Source: Balanoglossus misakiensis
Taxonomy: Eukaryota; Animalia; Hemichordata
NCBI GenBank assembly: GCA_040954595.2
Contig: CM082582.2
Coordinates: 2,278,303-2,342,302 of the forward strand
Direction of reading: 5' to 3'
Length of the DNA: 64,000 nucleotides
This document shows positions 12,357 to 24,109 of the stretch, one piece after another. The notes beneath the pieces were generated by a model that made no database searches, was not told the origin of the DNA, and worked only from the letters and a program-made list of their open reading frames with translations. The first letter of the stretch is position 1, and every line of letters begins with the position of its first letter. Both the position numbers and the translations under genes were made by a program.

Positions 12357-13562
12357 TATTATTCTTCTTCTTCTTCTTCTTCTTCTTCCGAGAAATTCGG
12401 CCAGGTAGATCTGGAAAACCGCAGCACCTAGGGGGCTGAAACTTGGTAGGGTGATAGGGGCCAATGAGTAGACGTGCAGTGGCCCGTGAATATTTAATTA
12501 GTCATGTGACCTGGCGGCCATATTGGATTTCCTGAAAACCGTTAAATGAGTCCTTCTCAAAAACTACAAGGCCGATCGAGTTCAAATTTGGTGTGCAGGT
12601 AGCCTACCTTCTGTCCATCATTTTACCCCATTGAAATCATGACGTCACACATAAAGTTTTTTTGCTACAATTGTTTTTCTTAAAAAATACTTAAAACTTT
12701 AAAAATCTTCTTCTCCAGAACCAGCGGTTACCGAATCTCGGGATTTGGGATATGTGGTCACCTAACCTATGTCTATCAAGTTTGCGAAGCGCACTGTGAT
12801 TGGTCGATCATTATGGCGGCCATGTTGGATTTTCGGAAAACCATTGAAAAATGAAAATTCTGTTTTGTAGCCAAAATGTTGACAGCACGGAAATTCTTTT
12901 TTTGGATATGAGTCATCATATGACTGGAAGTTGTCACAATTTTTCGTGGCAATTTTCACATGACCTTTGACCCAGTTTTAAAAGAACTAATTATATATGC
13001 ATATTCCCCATACCTCCTCTTGTAAAAGCACCACATTCATGAATTTTTTGGACATGGGTACCAATGCTGCCAGGACATGACACAAATATTTTGGTAATTT
13101 TGGCAATGACCTTTGACCTATTTCTGCATATCTAATTCCATGCTACCCAATAGGGCTAGAGGTCTGGTATTGGTTGGACATGGCCCAGTCTGGGGTCAAA
13201 ATTGTATGCCCTAATTTTGGGTGACCTTGGGTGACCTTTGATCTACTTTCCCATATCTCAGCATCCAGAGCAGTTAGAGCCCTGGCTGTTATGGGTATTG
13301 AGCACATAATGGAGTCTTACACAAGACCTCATTAATTATGTGCATACCTAATTGCAGGCGAACCAATAGGGCTAGGGGTCTGGTTTTTTGTTGGATCTAG
13401 ACTAGTATGGGGTCCAATTTTTTTGCCCAAATTTGGGGTGACCTCAGGTGACCTTTGACCTACTTTCCCATGTCTCGGTATCCCCAGCAGATACAGCCGT
13501 GGAATTTGCTGGTCACCATGGGAACCGCTTGTGCCCCCCCAATGCTGCTTGCAGCTTTAATT
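12357..13562 (+). mobile_element. Second, more diverged non-autonomous Helentron body
   Basis: (TTA/CTT)n start, related internal repeat (tgacctttgacct, ctcattaattatgtgcatacctaatt), ends gcttgtgccc...gctgcttgcagctttaatt. Confidence 0.8.
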
Positions 13563-14810
13563 TACTTTCTCGTTGTGAGGAGTTTCTTACCTCTCATTAT
13601 TTACAATTTGGTTTCAAGCGAGAACATTCAACTGACCTGTGTTTATTTGCATTTAAAGAAATCATTAGCTACTACACCAGCAATGGAGGACCAGTGTTTA
13701 CTTGTTTTCTGGATGCTTCAAAAGCTTTTGACAGAGTTAATCACTTTAAACTGGTTAACAAGCTCATCGACAGGAATGTTCCCTTGTATGCTGTTCGAAT
13801 TTTATATTACTGGTACAGAAATCAATTGTTTACTGTGTTGTGGGGTAATGAAACCTCAGAGTTGTTTTCTGTTTCTAACGGTGTAAGACAAGGGGGAGTA
13901 CTCTCTCCCTATCTTTTTAATGTCTACATTGATGATCTTATCAATGCACTCTGTAAAGCCAAAGTTGGCTGTACCATGTGTGGTGTCAGCGCTAACACTT
14001 CAGGTTACGCTGACGACATGACTCTACTCAGTCCAAGTGTTAAGGGTCTACGCCGTCTTCTTAGAATTTGTGACATTTATGGCAAGGATTATGATATCAT
14101 TTATAATTCTAGTAAAACTGTGTGCATGCTTTTTAATGGGAAGAATATGAGCGTTCAAAGAATTCCTTCGGTTAAACTTAATGACATCACTTTGAAGTTT
14201 GTACCTGAACACACCTATCTGGGCCATGTAATATCTTGTGATGGTTGTGATAATGAAGATATTGAACGACAGAGAAGAGCATTTTGCGTTAGAGCAAACA
14301 TGCTATTGAGACATTTTCAACATTGTAGTCAAGATGTGAAGAAAGTTTTATTTTTGGCATATTGTAGTAATATTTACTGTTGCAGTTTGTGGGCATCCTT
14401 TAAAGTTAAACCGATGAAAAAATTTAAAACTATGTACAATAATGTTTGGAGAAGACTTCTCGGTCTTCCGCCATTTTGCAGTGCATCGGGTATGTTTGCT
14501 ACAAACCATGTATTGTCACTTGGTGAAGTTTTTAGACACAATATGTACAGTTTTAAGTGTAGACTCGAAAATTCTTCTAATGTTTTACTTGATGCGATCT
14601 GTTCATCAGATAGAGCGACTGACAGCATATTTTTCAAACATTGGCGAAAGCAATTGTATATCATGTAATTTTGCAGAGTTTTTTTTTGTGTGTGTGTGTC
14701 TCAGTTTCAGATTTTCCAGAGTATTTTCATTAGTGTTTTTTTTTCTTCTCTCTTTTGGGTATATGGACTTTTTTTAAAGTCTTAAATAAAGTATTATTAT
14801 TATTATTATT
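13563..14810 (+). mobile_element. Non-LTR retrotransposon 3' part (RT domain, 3'UTR, (TAT)n tail); clade uncertain (Proto2/RTE-X-like)
   Basis: QFGFK, FLDASKAFDRV, GVRQGGVLSPYLF and YADD in an open frame to 14668. aataaa plus (tat)n at ~14785-14810. The 5' end abuts the Helentron terminus. Confidence 0.9.
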
Positions 14811-15150
14811 AAGGGTTAAATTTGTATGACACTAATCATGATCAAACAAAGAGTGCACTTAACGGTTGACACAAGCACACCCCCTGTCAACAAATTTTCC
14901 AGCGTTATTTCTGGTTTCTGTATTAGTACTTGCTTTTCACATCCCATGGTTTATATGTTTAAGTCAATGATGCCCTCTATTTTTGATGAACCCTGGCATT
15001 GATAGGTTTTAAAGAATTTCTAGAAAACTTTCAGAACTCCTGTTGGTCTTTGGAAAGGTTTCATCAGTAATTGTTCTGTGATAAACATAATTGCAGTACT
15101 GTACTTTCTCCAAACTTTGCGAGAACATTTTCTTGTAGTATGACTTCATA

Positions 15151-15364
15151 CTGTAAAACAGGTTCTTTTCGCGACAGGAAATTTTCGCGATATCAAAAGA
15201 AGCAACTGTTATGCATGGATTAATTTTGGCTTTCTCGTATTTCACTAACTGCATTGTTATCTAAGAAAAAAAAACATTTTATGCGACTTTTGTATTTTCA
15301 CATTTTTGGGGGCTCTCGCATATTTCATGAAAATTTATTGCTCGCGAAATAACCTGTTTTACAG
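15151..15364. mobile_element. Tc1/mariner-type MITE
   Basis: ta-CTGTAAAACAGGTT ... AACCTGTTTTACAG-ta (TIR plus TA duplication). Confidence 0.8.
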
Positions 15365-15439
15365 TATCCTCCATGGATTTCTTAACCTACTGATCAAGTG
15401 GGGTAATGTCTTCAGCAACGATTTCTGTAATAAACTTAC

Positions 15440-15619
15440 CTCCCCAAGGTAGTGAAGGTATCTCATAGCTTTCTTTAGAAACTCTTCATCAATGAAACGA
15501 TCCAACTCTTTCACTCTTTCTATATATGTTTTCCATTTGATGACCGGGAAACTGCTCACAATCCATTTGCTTCTTCCATCAAGTATCTTAGCACACAACT
15601 TTGGTATGTATTCTTCTCT
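15440..15619 (-). CDS. Roco gene exon: start of COR domain (REEYIPKLC...AMRYLHYLGE)
   Basis: ttacag acceptor, gtaagt donor, 180 nt, phase 0-0. Confidence 0.85.
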
Positions 15620-17380
15620 CTGTAACATTAACACAGCGACATATACCAGGTTCATGTCCAGACAGGGTAAAATTCAAAACATTTCATAGACACTATTTGC
15701 CAATAGTAAACACAGAGCATTAATCCTTTAAGTCGCCTTGTGTACACACTCACAAACAATGGGTTGCGTAGAGGTGTTAATCCTTACACTGGCTCAGGTC
15801 TGACCAAAGCCGTCTCAAATCTGAGACGTTTCAGGACCACTTAAACCATTCACACATGATAATTTACGCCAGTATTTCATCTGAGATGTTTCAAAAACGT
15901 CTTAAACCCCGGTGCGGAAAGTCCTGGGGTTCGGATTAACGTGTGTTTGTATAGTTGTTTATTTGGGAGTGGTCGTCGTGCATATAATGACTGTGTAATT
16001 GCTCTCATGTACACAGAAAATAATTGAACACTTCACACTTCCACGCGATTGACAACTGTTTGAATGGCGTGGTTATTGTTTCCCAGGGACGCTTCTGAAA
16101 AGCACTGAAACCAGATTTCTCCCAAAATCATCGTTGTTTCATAAGCTCGTGTACTTTTTCGTCGATAACTTTATGTTGTGTGTGTTTATAAAGCCAACTA
16201 CTGTCGTTGTGTGGTGTAATTCTTTATGCTTGGACCTGTTTGGGCCGATTTTCATAGAGCCAAGATCGTTGGTGTTGTCTGTTGTCAGTCAAACGGCATT
16301 AAGATTCGCCACTGATTTGGGGGGTCTTTTATACCCCGCACCGGGGTTTAACGATGACCCCCATAATACTGTTGTTTGGTGAAATGAACATTCAGAAAAG
16401 CAACTCGAACAATACTGGCAACAGTGATATTCACCCTTTACAGACACAGCCCATTATTTAAAGTCTTGTTCTCACTAAAAGTTTGGACACCGGTGTTATG
16501 CCAGTGTTTACTCTCTGCAAACACAGGGGATTAGCCCACAGAATCTCCTTGCGTCCACACACTAAACTTTTGGCCACTGTTTTGAAATAAACACTGTCTA
16601 AATGGCCATGTTTAGCAACACGGCAACTAACAAAATTGAGGATGTCGAGGACATTACAGCAACATGTTGCAGTTTATATACCTGCATATACGTTCTAGAC
16701 GACTTTGTGACAGTTTTGATAATGTTTAGAAGTAAATGAATGTTAATCCATAAATGGAAAATGCCTCGGCTTTTTGGTGATCGAGAGAACCTTCTGAAAG
16801 TTGGTAGCAGACTGAAGTGTTGCAGACCTGGCAAACTGCGAATGGTTTGAAAACCACTCGCATCCAGTGTGATTGACTTAACAATGGAAACTGACCAAAG
16901 ACAATGGGCTATACCTAATAAACATACCCAAAAGTCACTGCAGGGTGGCGCTTTTGAACGGTGTTTGTTTATCTTTGCGTTCTCACTGATTATTTGCGTC
17001 GGAGCGCTGGCCCAGCACTGGCCCTGACCCACCACCCATCGCTGTCGCAAATTAACACCGGCCCAACACCGGTGTAAAGCGTTCTCACTTGTTTTTTTCC
17101 GTCGGTGTCAAATCTACACCGATGTAGCACCAGTGTAAACGTGCCAGTGAGAACGCCCTTTTAGACAGTTCTGATACCCGGTAAGTCAAAAGTATACAAC
17201 CTTGACTTATTTCCCACTGATAAGAGTTCTGTTATTACTATCTGATAGTTGGCTTTCTTGGACTCTATGCATTACATGAGAGTATTAAGGTGATGTAAAG
17301 CATGCCTTTGTCAAATATGGCCCTAATGAATTAACATGTTCAATCCAGTCACACATTGCAGAATATCTATAAAACCATAC

Positions 17381-17529
17381 CTTTGCACTTCGTAGACATT
17401 CACGCAATCTGTGCATATCATTATGCTGCGAGTTGTGACAATTCAGTATGAATGTCTCATCAAGAATATTCAGGTATTTGCCAAAGGTCTTCTGAGCTGT
17501 CTGGAGTATTTCCCTCATCACCAATTCAG
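17381..17529 (-). CDS. Roco gene exon: end of ROC domain (ELVMREIL...LNCHNSQHNDMHRLRECLRSAK)
   Basis: ttgatag acceptor, gtatgg donor, 149 nt, phase 1-0, compatible with both neighbours. Confidence 0.8.
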
Positions 17530-17890
17530 CTATCAAGAAAAAAGTAATGATCTCTTGATAGATTTTTATTTACAAAGTATGGACATATACACAGAAGAGG
17601 CCACTTTGGTGCTGTTTTGTATTTTTTGAAAGCATCCGGTGAAATTCTACATCAATCACACTATCTGAATAGGTAAAATGTTGAATAGTAATGAGATCTC
17701 CTTTTGCATAGGTTCAGATGTAGTATGGGTGTCCCTTTCGAACAGAACAGCCAAGAATCAGCAAAGGTAAAGACAGCGCCCAACACTACATCTGGTTTTA
17801 ATCAGATTGAGTATACTCCTACACCAGGCTCCCAATTGTGTGAATACCCTCGCTCTTGTCACCTTTTATCTAAACATGTACTGAACATAC

Positions 17891-18017
17891 CTTCTTTCTT
17901 GTGTTCAGCTTTCAACAAATCAGCCTTGCTTCCAATCAATATCACTTTTGGTTTACTCCCACCCTCATCCATATCTTGTGGTATGATTGCCTTAAGGAAT
18001 GCAAGCCATGATGTCAC
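17891..18017 (-). CDS. Roco gene exon with ROC G4 motif (VTSWLAFLK...KVILIGSKADLL)
   Basis: ttaatag acceptor, gtatgt donor, 127 nt, phase 0-1. Confidence 0.85.
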
Positions 18018-18322
18018 CTATTAAAGAAAGACATGAAGAAGAATATAAAGTCATCAATCATATTATATTCAATCAGTCCCTAAATCTGGATAAAAACAAA
18101 AAGAGATAAATGTTTCACAAATATATATACTGTGCCATTCATCTTTACTTTAATTTCATTCACAATATTGCACCACCTAATTCACTGATGCACTGCTTAG
18201 TAATAAAAAAAATATTGTAATATATGCACTGTGCCCTTTCTGAGTTTCATCTTTACCTTTATTCCATAATTGCCCAAAATATTAATATCACTTATCATCA
18301 GTAACAAAAAACAACGACCCAC

Positions 18323-18607
18323 CTCTTGTCTCTGCTGTTGCATAAGTTTTCTTGGTGTCCAAACTACATCCTGCTTGTCCTCAGCCATTTTGAAGACCAA
18401 TAAAACCACTGCATTCTCGACTCTTAGGAACATATTATGTGTGACATAGTATTCTGTTTGTCCTGCAAAGTCCCACACACTGAACTTGCCAATCTTGGGT
18501 ATGGATAATGTGGCTACATCTATGGCGGGTGTTGGTGTGTACTGCATGTTCCCTGGTAAAGGTGCTTTCTCTTCTGACCGTCGAGTCAATTTTGCTTGCA
18601 CAAAGTT
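18323..18607 (-). CDS. Roco gene exon with ROC G2/G3 motifs (YTPTPAIDV...FSVWDFAGQTEYYVTHNMFL)
   Basis: atgcag acceptor, gtgggt donor, 285 nt, phase 0-0. WDFAGQ..Y..TH..FL is the ROC signature. Confidence 0.9.
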
Positions 18608-19049
18608 CTGCATTGTAATATATGAACATAAGTGATGATTTTCTCACAATTTAGAGGTTGTAAACTTATAAACGGCAAGCGAGAGTATTTGATTCCGGAT
18701 ATAAGACCTCCCAGGTGAAACTTAGCATATTTGGTGGGAAATAATCACTGAGCGAGGCGAGGCGTTCTGTTCTATGTGTCCCATTTCGGTTATTTTTTAG
18801 TTATTCACTGTTCAGGGTTCAGGTCTTCTCGTTGAGGATATAAACCGCGACTCGGGCCAATCAGCAAGCTTGATTAATGCCAATCATATTGTAATAATAT
18901 AAAATATTTGGAGAATTGGTTGGTCAACAAAATATGTACCCTGATTTCCACTGAAATGTAGTCTTCATGAAAACTTTAATATTTGCACAAATCCTTCACT
19001 CCTCAAAAACAGCAATAATTGGCATTCATAATCAAAGATTTCTACACAC

Positions 19050-19178
19050 CCGCTGCAATGATTCTTTGAGTGTAGTTTTGCCATTCCCACCGTATCCAGC
19101 TAACACAATCTTTGTAGTATTACGTTTGACACCAGGTTGTCACATGAGTGCTGTGAATTCTTTTTGGCGGGAAAACAC
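19050..19178 (-). CDS. ROC P-loop exon, copy 1 (VFSRQKEFTALM*QPGVKRNTTKIVLAGYGGNGKTTLKESLQR)
   Basis: tgacag acceptor, gtgtgt donor, 129 nt, in-frame TGA at 19140-19142. Confidence 0.8.
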
Positions 19179-19900
19179 CTGTCAGAATTTGAACAGATAT
19201 GTTATGTGTTATATATATTGGGAATTTTTACACTCAATTTACATGCCTTTCAATTAAACACCATGTCTTCAAAGAAGTCACATGACATTTTGCTTCAGAA
19301 AAGATATTGATAAAAACGCTAGTATCAAAAAATATAATTTACATTGTTAACTACACTATTATGATGTGCTTATGATGTGGAAGCTATCATTAACACTATA
19401 GAAATAATGCATAGTTAAAGCCTCATGAGCTGCCAAATTTAACATATTTTTTCCATAACTTCTATTTGCATAAGTTTGTCATCTCTTTGTGACGCACACC
19501 TCGATAGTTGTGTACTCTTTGTGTATATTCAACATTGTTATTTTGCAAAATTTGAATTGAAGTCCGGACTAGAATTCATGAGTCAACAATAACAATGGTT
19601 GTTACAGAGACAGGCAATATACACAAGTTGAGTACTGGGCATATTAGCATGCAGTTTGGAGAAGAACATGAAATTGCATTTTGTACACAAAAGGAAAAAA
19701 ATATGGAAATAAAGCCAAAAGTTATAGGTAATGTCCCTTTAATGCCTTCCTAGCTGGCACAATAGAATAAGTATGTAGTTAAAAATTTATATGACAGTCT
19801 GGTTTTATGTTTTCCATGTTATAAATATAGAAGATAAATTCAAATACACTAGTGATATGATATGTTTTCATAGCCATTTATTATCAACATTACGACGTAC

Positions 19901-19960
19901 CTTATGATGGTTGATCAGGTCTCTTTTGTCATCTCTGTCATACACTGAGTTTATAACTGC
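19901..19960 (-). CDS. Linker exon, copy 1 (AVINSVYDRDDKRDLINHHK)
   Basis: atacag acceptor, gtacgt donor, 60 nt, phase 0-0. Confidence 0.65.
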
Positions 19961-20167
19961 CTGTATTTTCATTGATGAAAACAGAACATATATGATTGAT
20001 TATATTATACCAGTATATTGATGGTGTAAATCACGCTATTTTATTGGTCGAGACACGACACGTGACTGTGATATATTAGCCATATACCACAGTCATATAG
20101 CATAGTCAAAGAAAATGCCTTTTTAAAATGTTTTATGCAAAGTTTCAATATACTGGCATAATATAAT

Positions 20168-20313
20168 AGCAATAAAACACCCCCAGCCATGGTATACCAC
20201 TCGATTTTGACCAGTTCACGACATATACGCACTCGCTATTGCTCCTGCGTATATGTCGTGAACTGGTCAAAATCGAGTGCGTATATGTCGTGAACTGGGG
20301 GTGTTTTATTGCT
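20168..20313. repeat. Palindromic non-autonomous element (Crypton-like by architecture); duplicated at ~22370-22515
   Basis: cactcgattttgaccagttcacgacatatacgca / tgcgtatatgtcgtgaactggtcaaaatcgagtg arms around ctcgctattgctcc. Outer arms agcaataaaacaccccc / gggggtgttttattgct. Confidence 0.7.
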
Positions 20314-21251
20314 TAAATGAACTAGCTGTAAAGTACAGGATTATGACAATTATACCACACCATGCATATTATGGACACTATTGTTAAATAATTTTGGTAA
20401 AAAATAAATGGATTTAAATATCCATGTGTCAGGTGTGAGTTGCTGGTAAGCTTTATAAAACTGGTCAATGAGCATCTTTTAGAACAACAGAAAGAGCCAA
20501 TTGGTAAATAACTGAAATACAGCCAAATCTCACAGTCCAAATTGGCCAGTCAGAGTGACTTTCCTAAATTGGCCTTAATAGACAGGTGGCCTGTATATAC
20601 AAGTCAATAATTGCCCATGTTAACTGCACAGGGACTGTAACAAAGTGGCCACTATATAGAGGTGGTCGGTAACTGACACAATTTCACTGTTTTATCAAAA
20701 GTGAGTAACCTTGCCCTTTTAAATCTAACTCAATCTAACTGTACTGCATGTTCCCTGGTAAAGGTGCTTTCTCTTCTGACCGTCGAGTCAATTTTGCTTG
20801 CACAAAGTTCTGCATTGTAATATATGAACATAAGTGATGATTTTCTCACAATTTAGAGGTTGTAAACTTATAAACGGCAAGCGAGAGTATTTGATTCCGG
20901 ATATAAGACCTCCCAGGTGAAACTTAGCATATTTGGTGGGAAATAATCACTGAGCGAGGCGAGGCGTTCTGTTCTATGTGTCCCATTTCGGTTATTTTTT
21001 AGTTATTCACTGTTCAGGGTTCAGGTCTTCTCGTTGAGGATATAAACCGCGACTCGGGCCAATCAGCAAGCTTGATTAATGCCAATCATATTGTAATAAT
21101 ATAAAATATTTGGAGAATTGGTTGGTCAACAAAATATGTACCCTGATTTCCACTGAAATGTAGTCTTCATGAAAACTTTAATATTTGCACAAATCCTTCA
21201 CTCCTCAAAAACAGCAATAATTGGCATTCATAATCAAAGATTTCTACACAC

Positions 21252-21380
21252 CCGCTGCAATGATTCTTTGAGTGTAGTTTTGCCATTCCCACCGTATCCA
21301 GCTAACACAATCTTTGTAGTATTACGTTTGACACCAGGTTGTCACATGAGTGCTGTGAATTCTTTTTGGCGGGAAAACAC
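21252..21380 (-). CDS. ROC P-loop exon, copy 2
   Basis: Identical to 19050-19178, including the TGA at 21342-21344. Confidence 0.8.
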
Positions 21381-22102
21381 CTGTCAGAATTTGAACAGAT
21401 ATGTTATGTGTTATATATATTGGGAATTTTTACACTCAATTTACATGCCTTTCAATTAAACACCATGTCTTCAAAGAAGTCACATGACATTTTGCTTCAG
21501 AAAAGATATTGATAAAAACGCTAGTATCAAAAAATATAATTTACATTGTTAACTACACTATTATGATGTGCTTATGATGTGGAAGCTATCATTAACACTA
21601 TAGAAATAATGCATAGTTAAAGCCTCATGAGCTGCCAAATTTAACATATTTTTTCCATAACTTCTATTTGCATAAGTTTGTCATCTCTTTGTGACGCACA
21701 CCTCGATAGTTGTGTACTCTTTGTGTATATTCAACATTGTTATTTTGCAAAATTTGAATTGAAGTCCGGACTAGAATTCATGAGTCAACAATAACAATGG
21801 TTGTTACAGAGACAGGCAATATACACAAGTTGAGTACTGGGCATATTAGCATGCAGTTTGGAGAAGAACATGAAATTGCATTTTGTACACAAAAGGAAAA
21901 AAATATGGAAATAAAGCCAAAAGTTATAGGTAATGTCCCTTTAATGCCTTCCTAGCTGGCACAATAGAATAAGTATGTAGTTAAAAATTTATATGACAGT
22001 CTGGTTTTATGTTTTCCATGTTATAAATATAGAAGATAAATTCAAATACACTAGTGATATGATATGTTTTCATAGCCATTTATTATCAACATTACGACGT
22101 AC

Positions 22103-22162
22103 CTTATGATGGTTGATCAGGTCTCTTTTGTCATCTCTGTCATACACTGAGTTTATAACTGC
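22103..22162 (-). CDS. Linker exon, copy 2
   Basis: Identical to 19901-19960. Confidence 0.65.
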
Positions 22163-22942
22163 CTGTATTTTCATTGATGAAAACAGAACATATATGATTG
22201 ATTATATTATACCAGTATATTGATGGTGTAAATCACGCTATTTTATTGGTCGAGACACGACACGTGACTGTGATATATTAGCCATATACCACAGTCATAT
22301 AGCATAGTCAAAGAAAATGCCTTTTTAAAATGTTTTATGCAAAGTTTCAATATACTGGCATAATATAATAGCAATAAAACACCCCCAGCCATGGTATACC
22401 ACTCGATTTTGACCAGTTCACGACATATACGCACTCGCTATCGCTCCTGCGTATATGTCGTGAACTGGTCAAAATCGAGTGCGTATATGTCGTGAACTGG
22501 GGGTGTTTTATTGCTTAAATGAACTAGCTGTAAAGTACAGGATTATGACAATTATACCACACCATGCATATTATGGACACTATTGTTAAATAATTTTGGT
22601 AAAAAATAAATGGATTTAAATATCCATGTGTCAGGTGTGAGTTGCCGGTAAGCTTTATAAAACTGGTCAATGAGCATCTTTTAGAACAACAGAAAGAGCC
22701 AATTGGTAAATAACTGAAATACAGCCAAATCTCACAGTCCAAATTGGCCAGTCAGAGTGACTTTCCTAAATTGGCCTTAATAGACAGGTGGCCTGTATAT
22801 ACAAGTCAATAATTGCCCATGTTAACTGCACAGGGACTGTAACAAAGTGGCCACTATATAGAGGTGGTCGGTAACTGACACAATTTCACTGTTTTATCAA
22901 AAGTGAGTAACCTTGCCCTTTTAAATCTAACTCAATACTTGC

Positions 22943-23053
22943 CTGATATACTTTCTCATTGTCAAAATGATATTCCACAAAGGCTCTTGCAATATTGGTG
23001 CCTGCACCCCGCCCAGCCTTCCTTCCTGCCTCTTGACAAGGAGTCACTACGTT
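22943..23053 (-). CDS. Degenerate C-cap ankyrin/linker exon (NVVTPCQEAGRK...NEKVYQ), probable GC donor
   Basis: ttttcag acceptor. CAG|GCAAGT donor gives 111 nt, phase 0-0. Confidence 0.6.
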
Positions 23054-24109
23054 CTGAAAATGGATCACAAATTTTCATAGATGAATACATGCATCAGATG
23101 ATTGAGGCACGCACACCTATAAGTCAAATTTTAGGTCCTCCCAAACACTGAGATAATTTGCTCTTGAGTTCATAAAAATGCAACTTTGAGCTACATATTT
23201 TACAAAATTTTCTTATGTGGGAGGGGGACACCCCCTCGCACACCCCTCCCCCTCCATTCTTCGCCACATATCATTTATTCGCTGGTTTGTCTAGTGTACC
23301 ACGGCAGACTTCTACCCACCCTACTCCCGATGTTTACTTTGAGTGGAGTGGCAAAATTAAAATTTGTCCTGCCTAACATTGAGTTAATTTGCTTTAGAGT
23401 TCATTCTAATGCAACTTTGAGCACCGTATTTTACAACATTTTCTTAAATTTTCTATTGTATTGACTTGTCATTTTATTTTGTTCATATATTTTTTTTTGC
23501 AACGATATACTATTATATATACTTCAATTACTTTAAGAAATTTATAATTGAGGTGTGAGGAGCCTCATTCCCTTTATTGCATACAGTGTACATAGGATCA
23601 GCACGGCGAATGTTTTCAGCGGGGGGGGGGGGGGGGGGGGGTCATCATATTTTGGGTCTGTCAAAGGGGGGGTCATCATTTTTTGGTCCAGGGTGAAGGG
23701 GGGGTCGGCCTGATTTTGAAAATCGATGACCCAAACTTGCCCCCCCCCCCCAGCCGTAAAAACAGTCCCTAACGTGTATTCGATGCGAGCTGGAAGTCAA
23801 ATGAACGGTTACTCACGTTGGAACACCCATTCAAAATATGCAAATTAGGAAAAGACGCATATGCATTCTTTTCATCCCCAGAGACACACGCAGGAAATCA
23901 AGCAAGTGCGGCCACTAGCTGGAAGAGCTGAATTCAATGCATTGCCTTGTGATGTTCATGATACAGGGGGGTGATGATCAATGAATAGAACAACAATTGA
24001 TTGATTAACAAAGAAAGAAAGAAAGGAATGCAAATCGTTTCCACACCTGCCTGTATAACACCTGACCCGACAGAGTGAGCAGTTTTGATTCAAAGGACAA
24101 TGACAAAAT

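Larger units (their letters stand above)
18538..22936. repeat. Near-perfect 2.2-kb tandem duplication (18538-20734 and 20740-22936, offset 2202)
   Basis: Copies are identical by eye except two substitutions. A 5-nt filler (ctaac) lies at the junction. Confidence 0.95.

Noticed and set aside
13448-13562. Apparent N-terminus of the 406-aa RT ORF, suggesting a Helentron-RT fusion
   Set aside because: This is chance open reading through the non-coding Helentron terminus from a GTG. RT similarity starts only at ~13563.
15820-17160. Inverted repeats (ttaaaccccggtgcgg / ccgcaccggggtttaa; gttctcact / agtgagaac) suggesting Harbinger-like MITEs
   Set aside because: Probably TE remnants, but termini and TSDs could not be fixed reliably.
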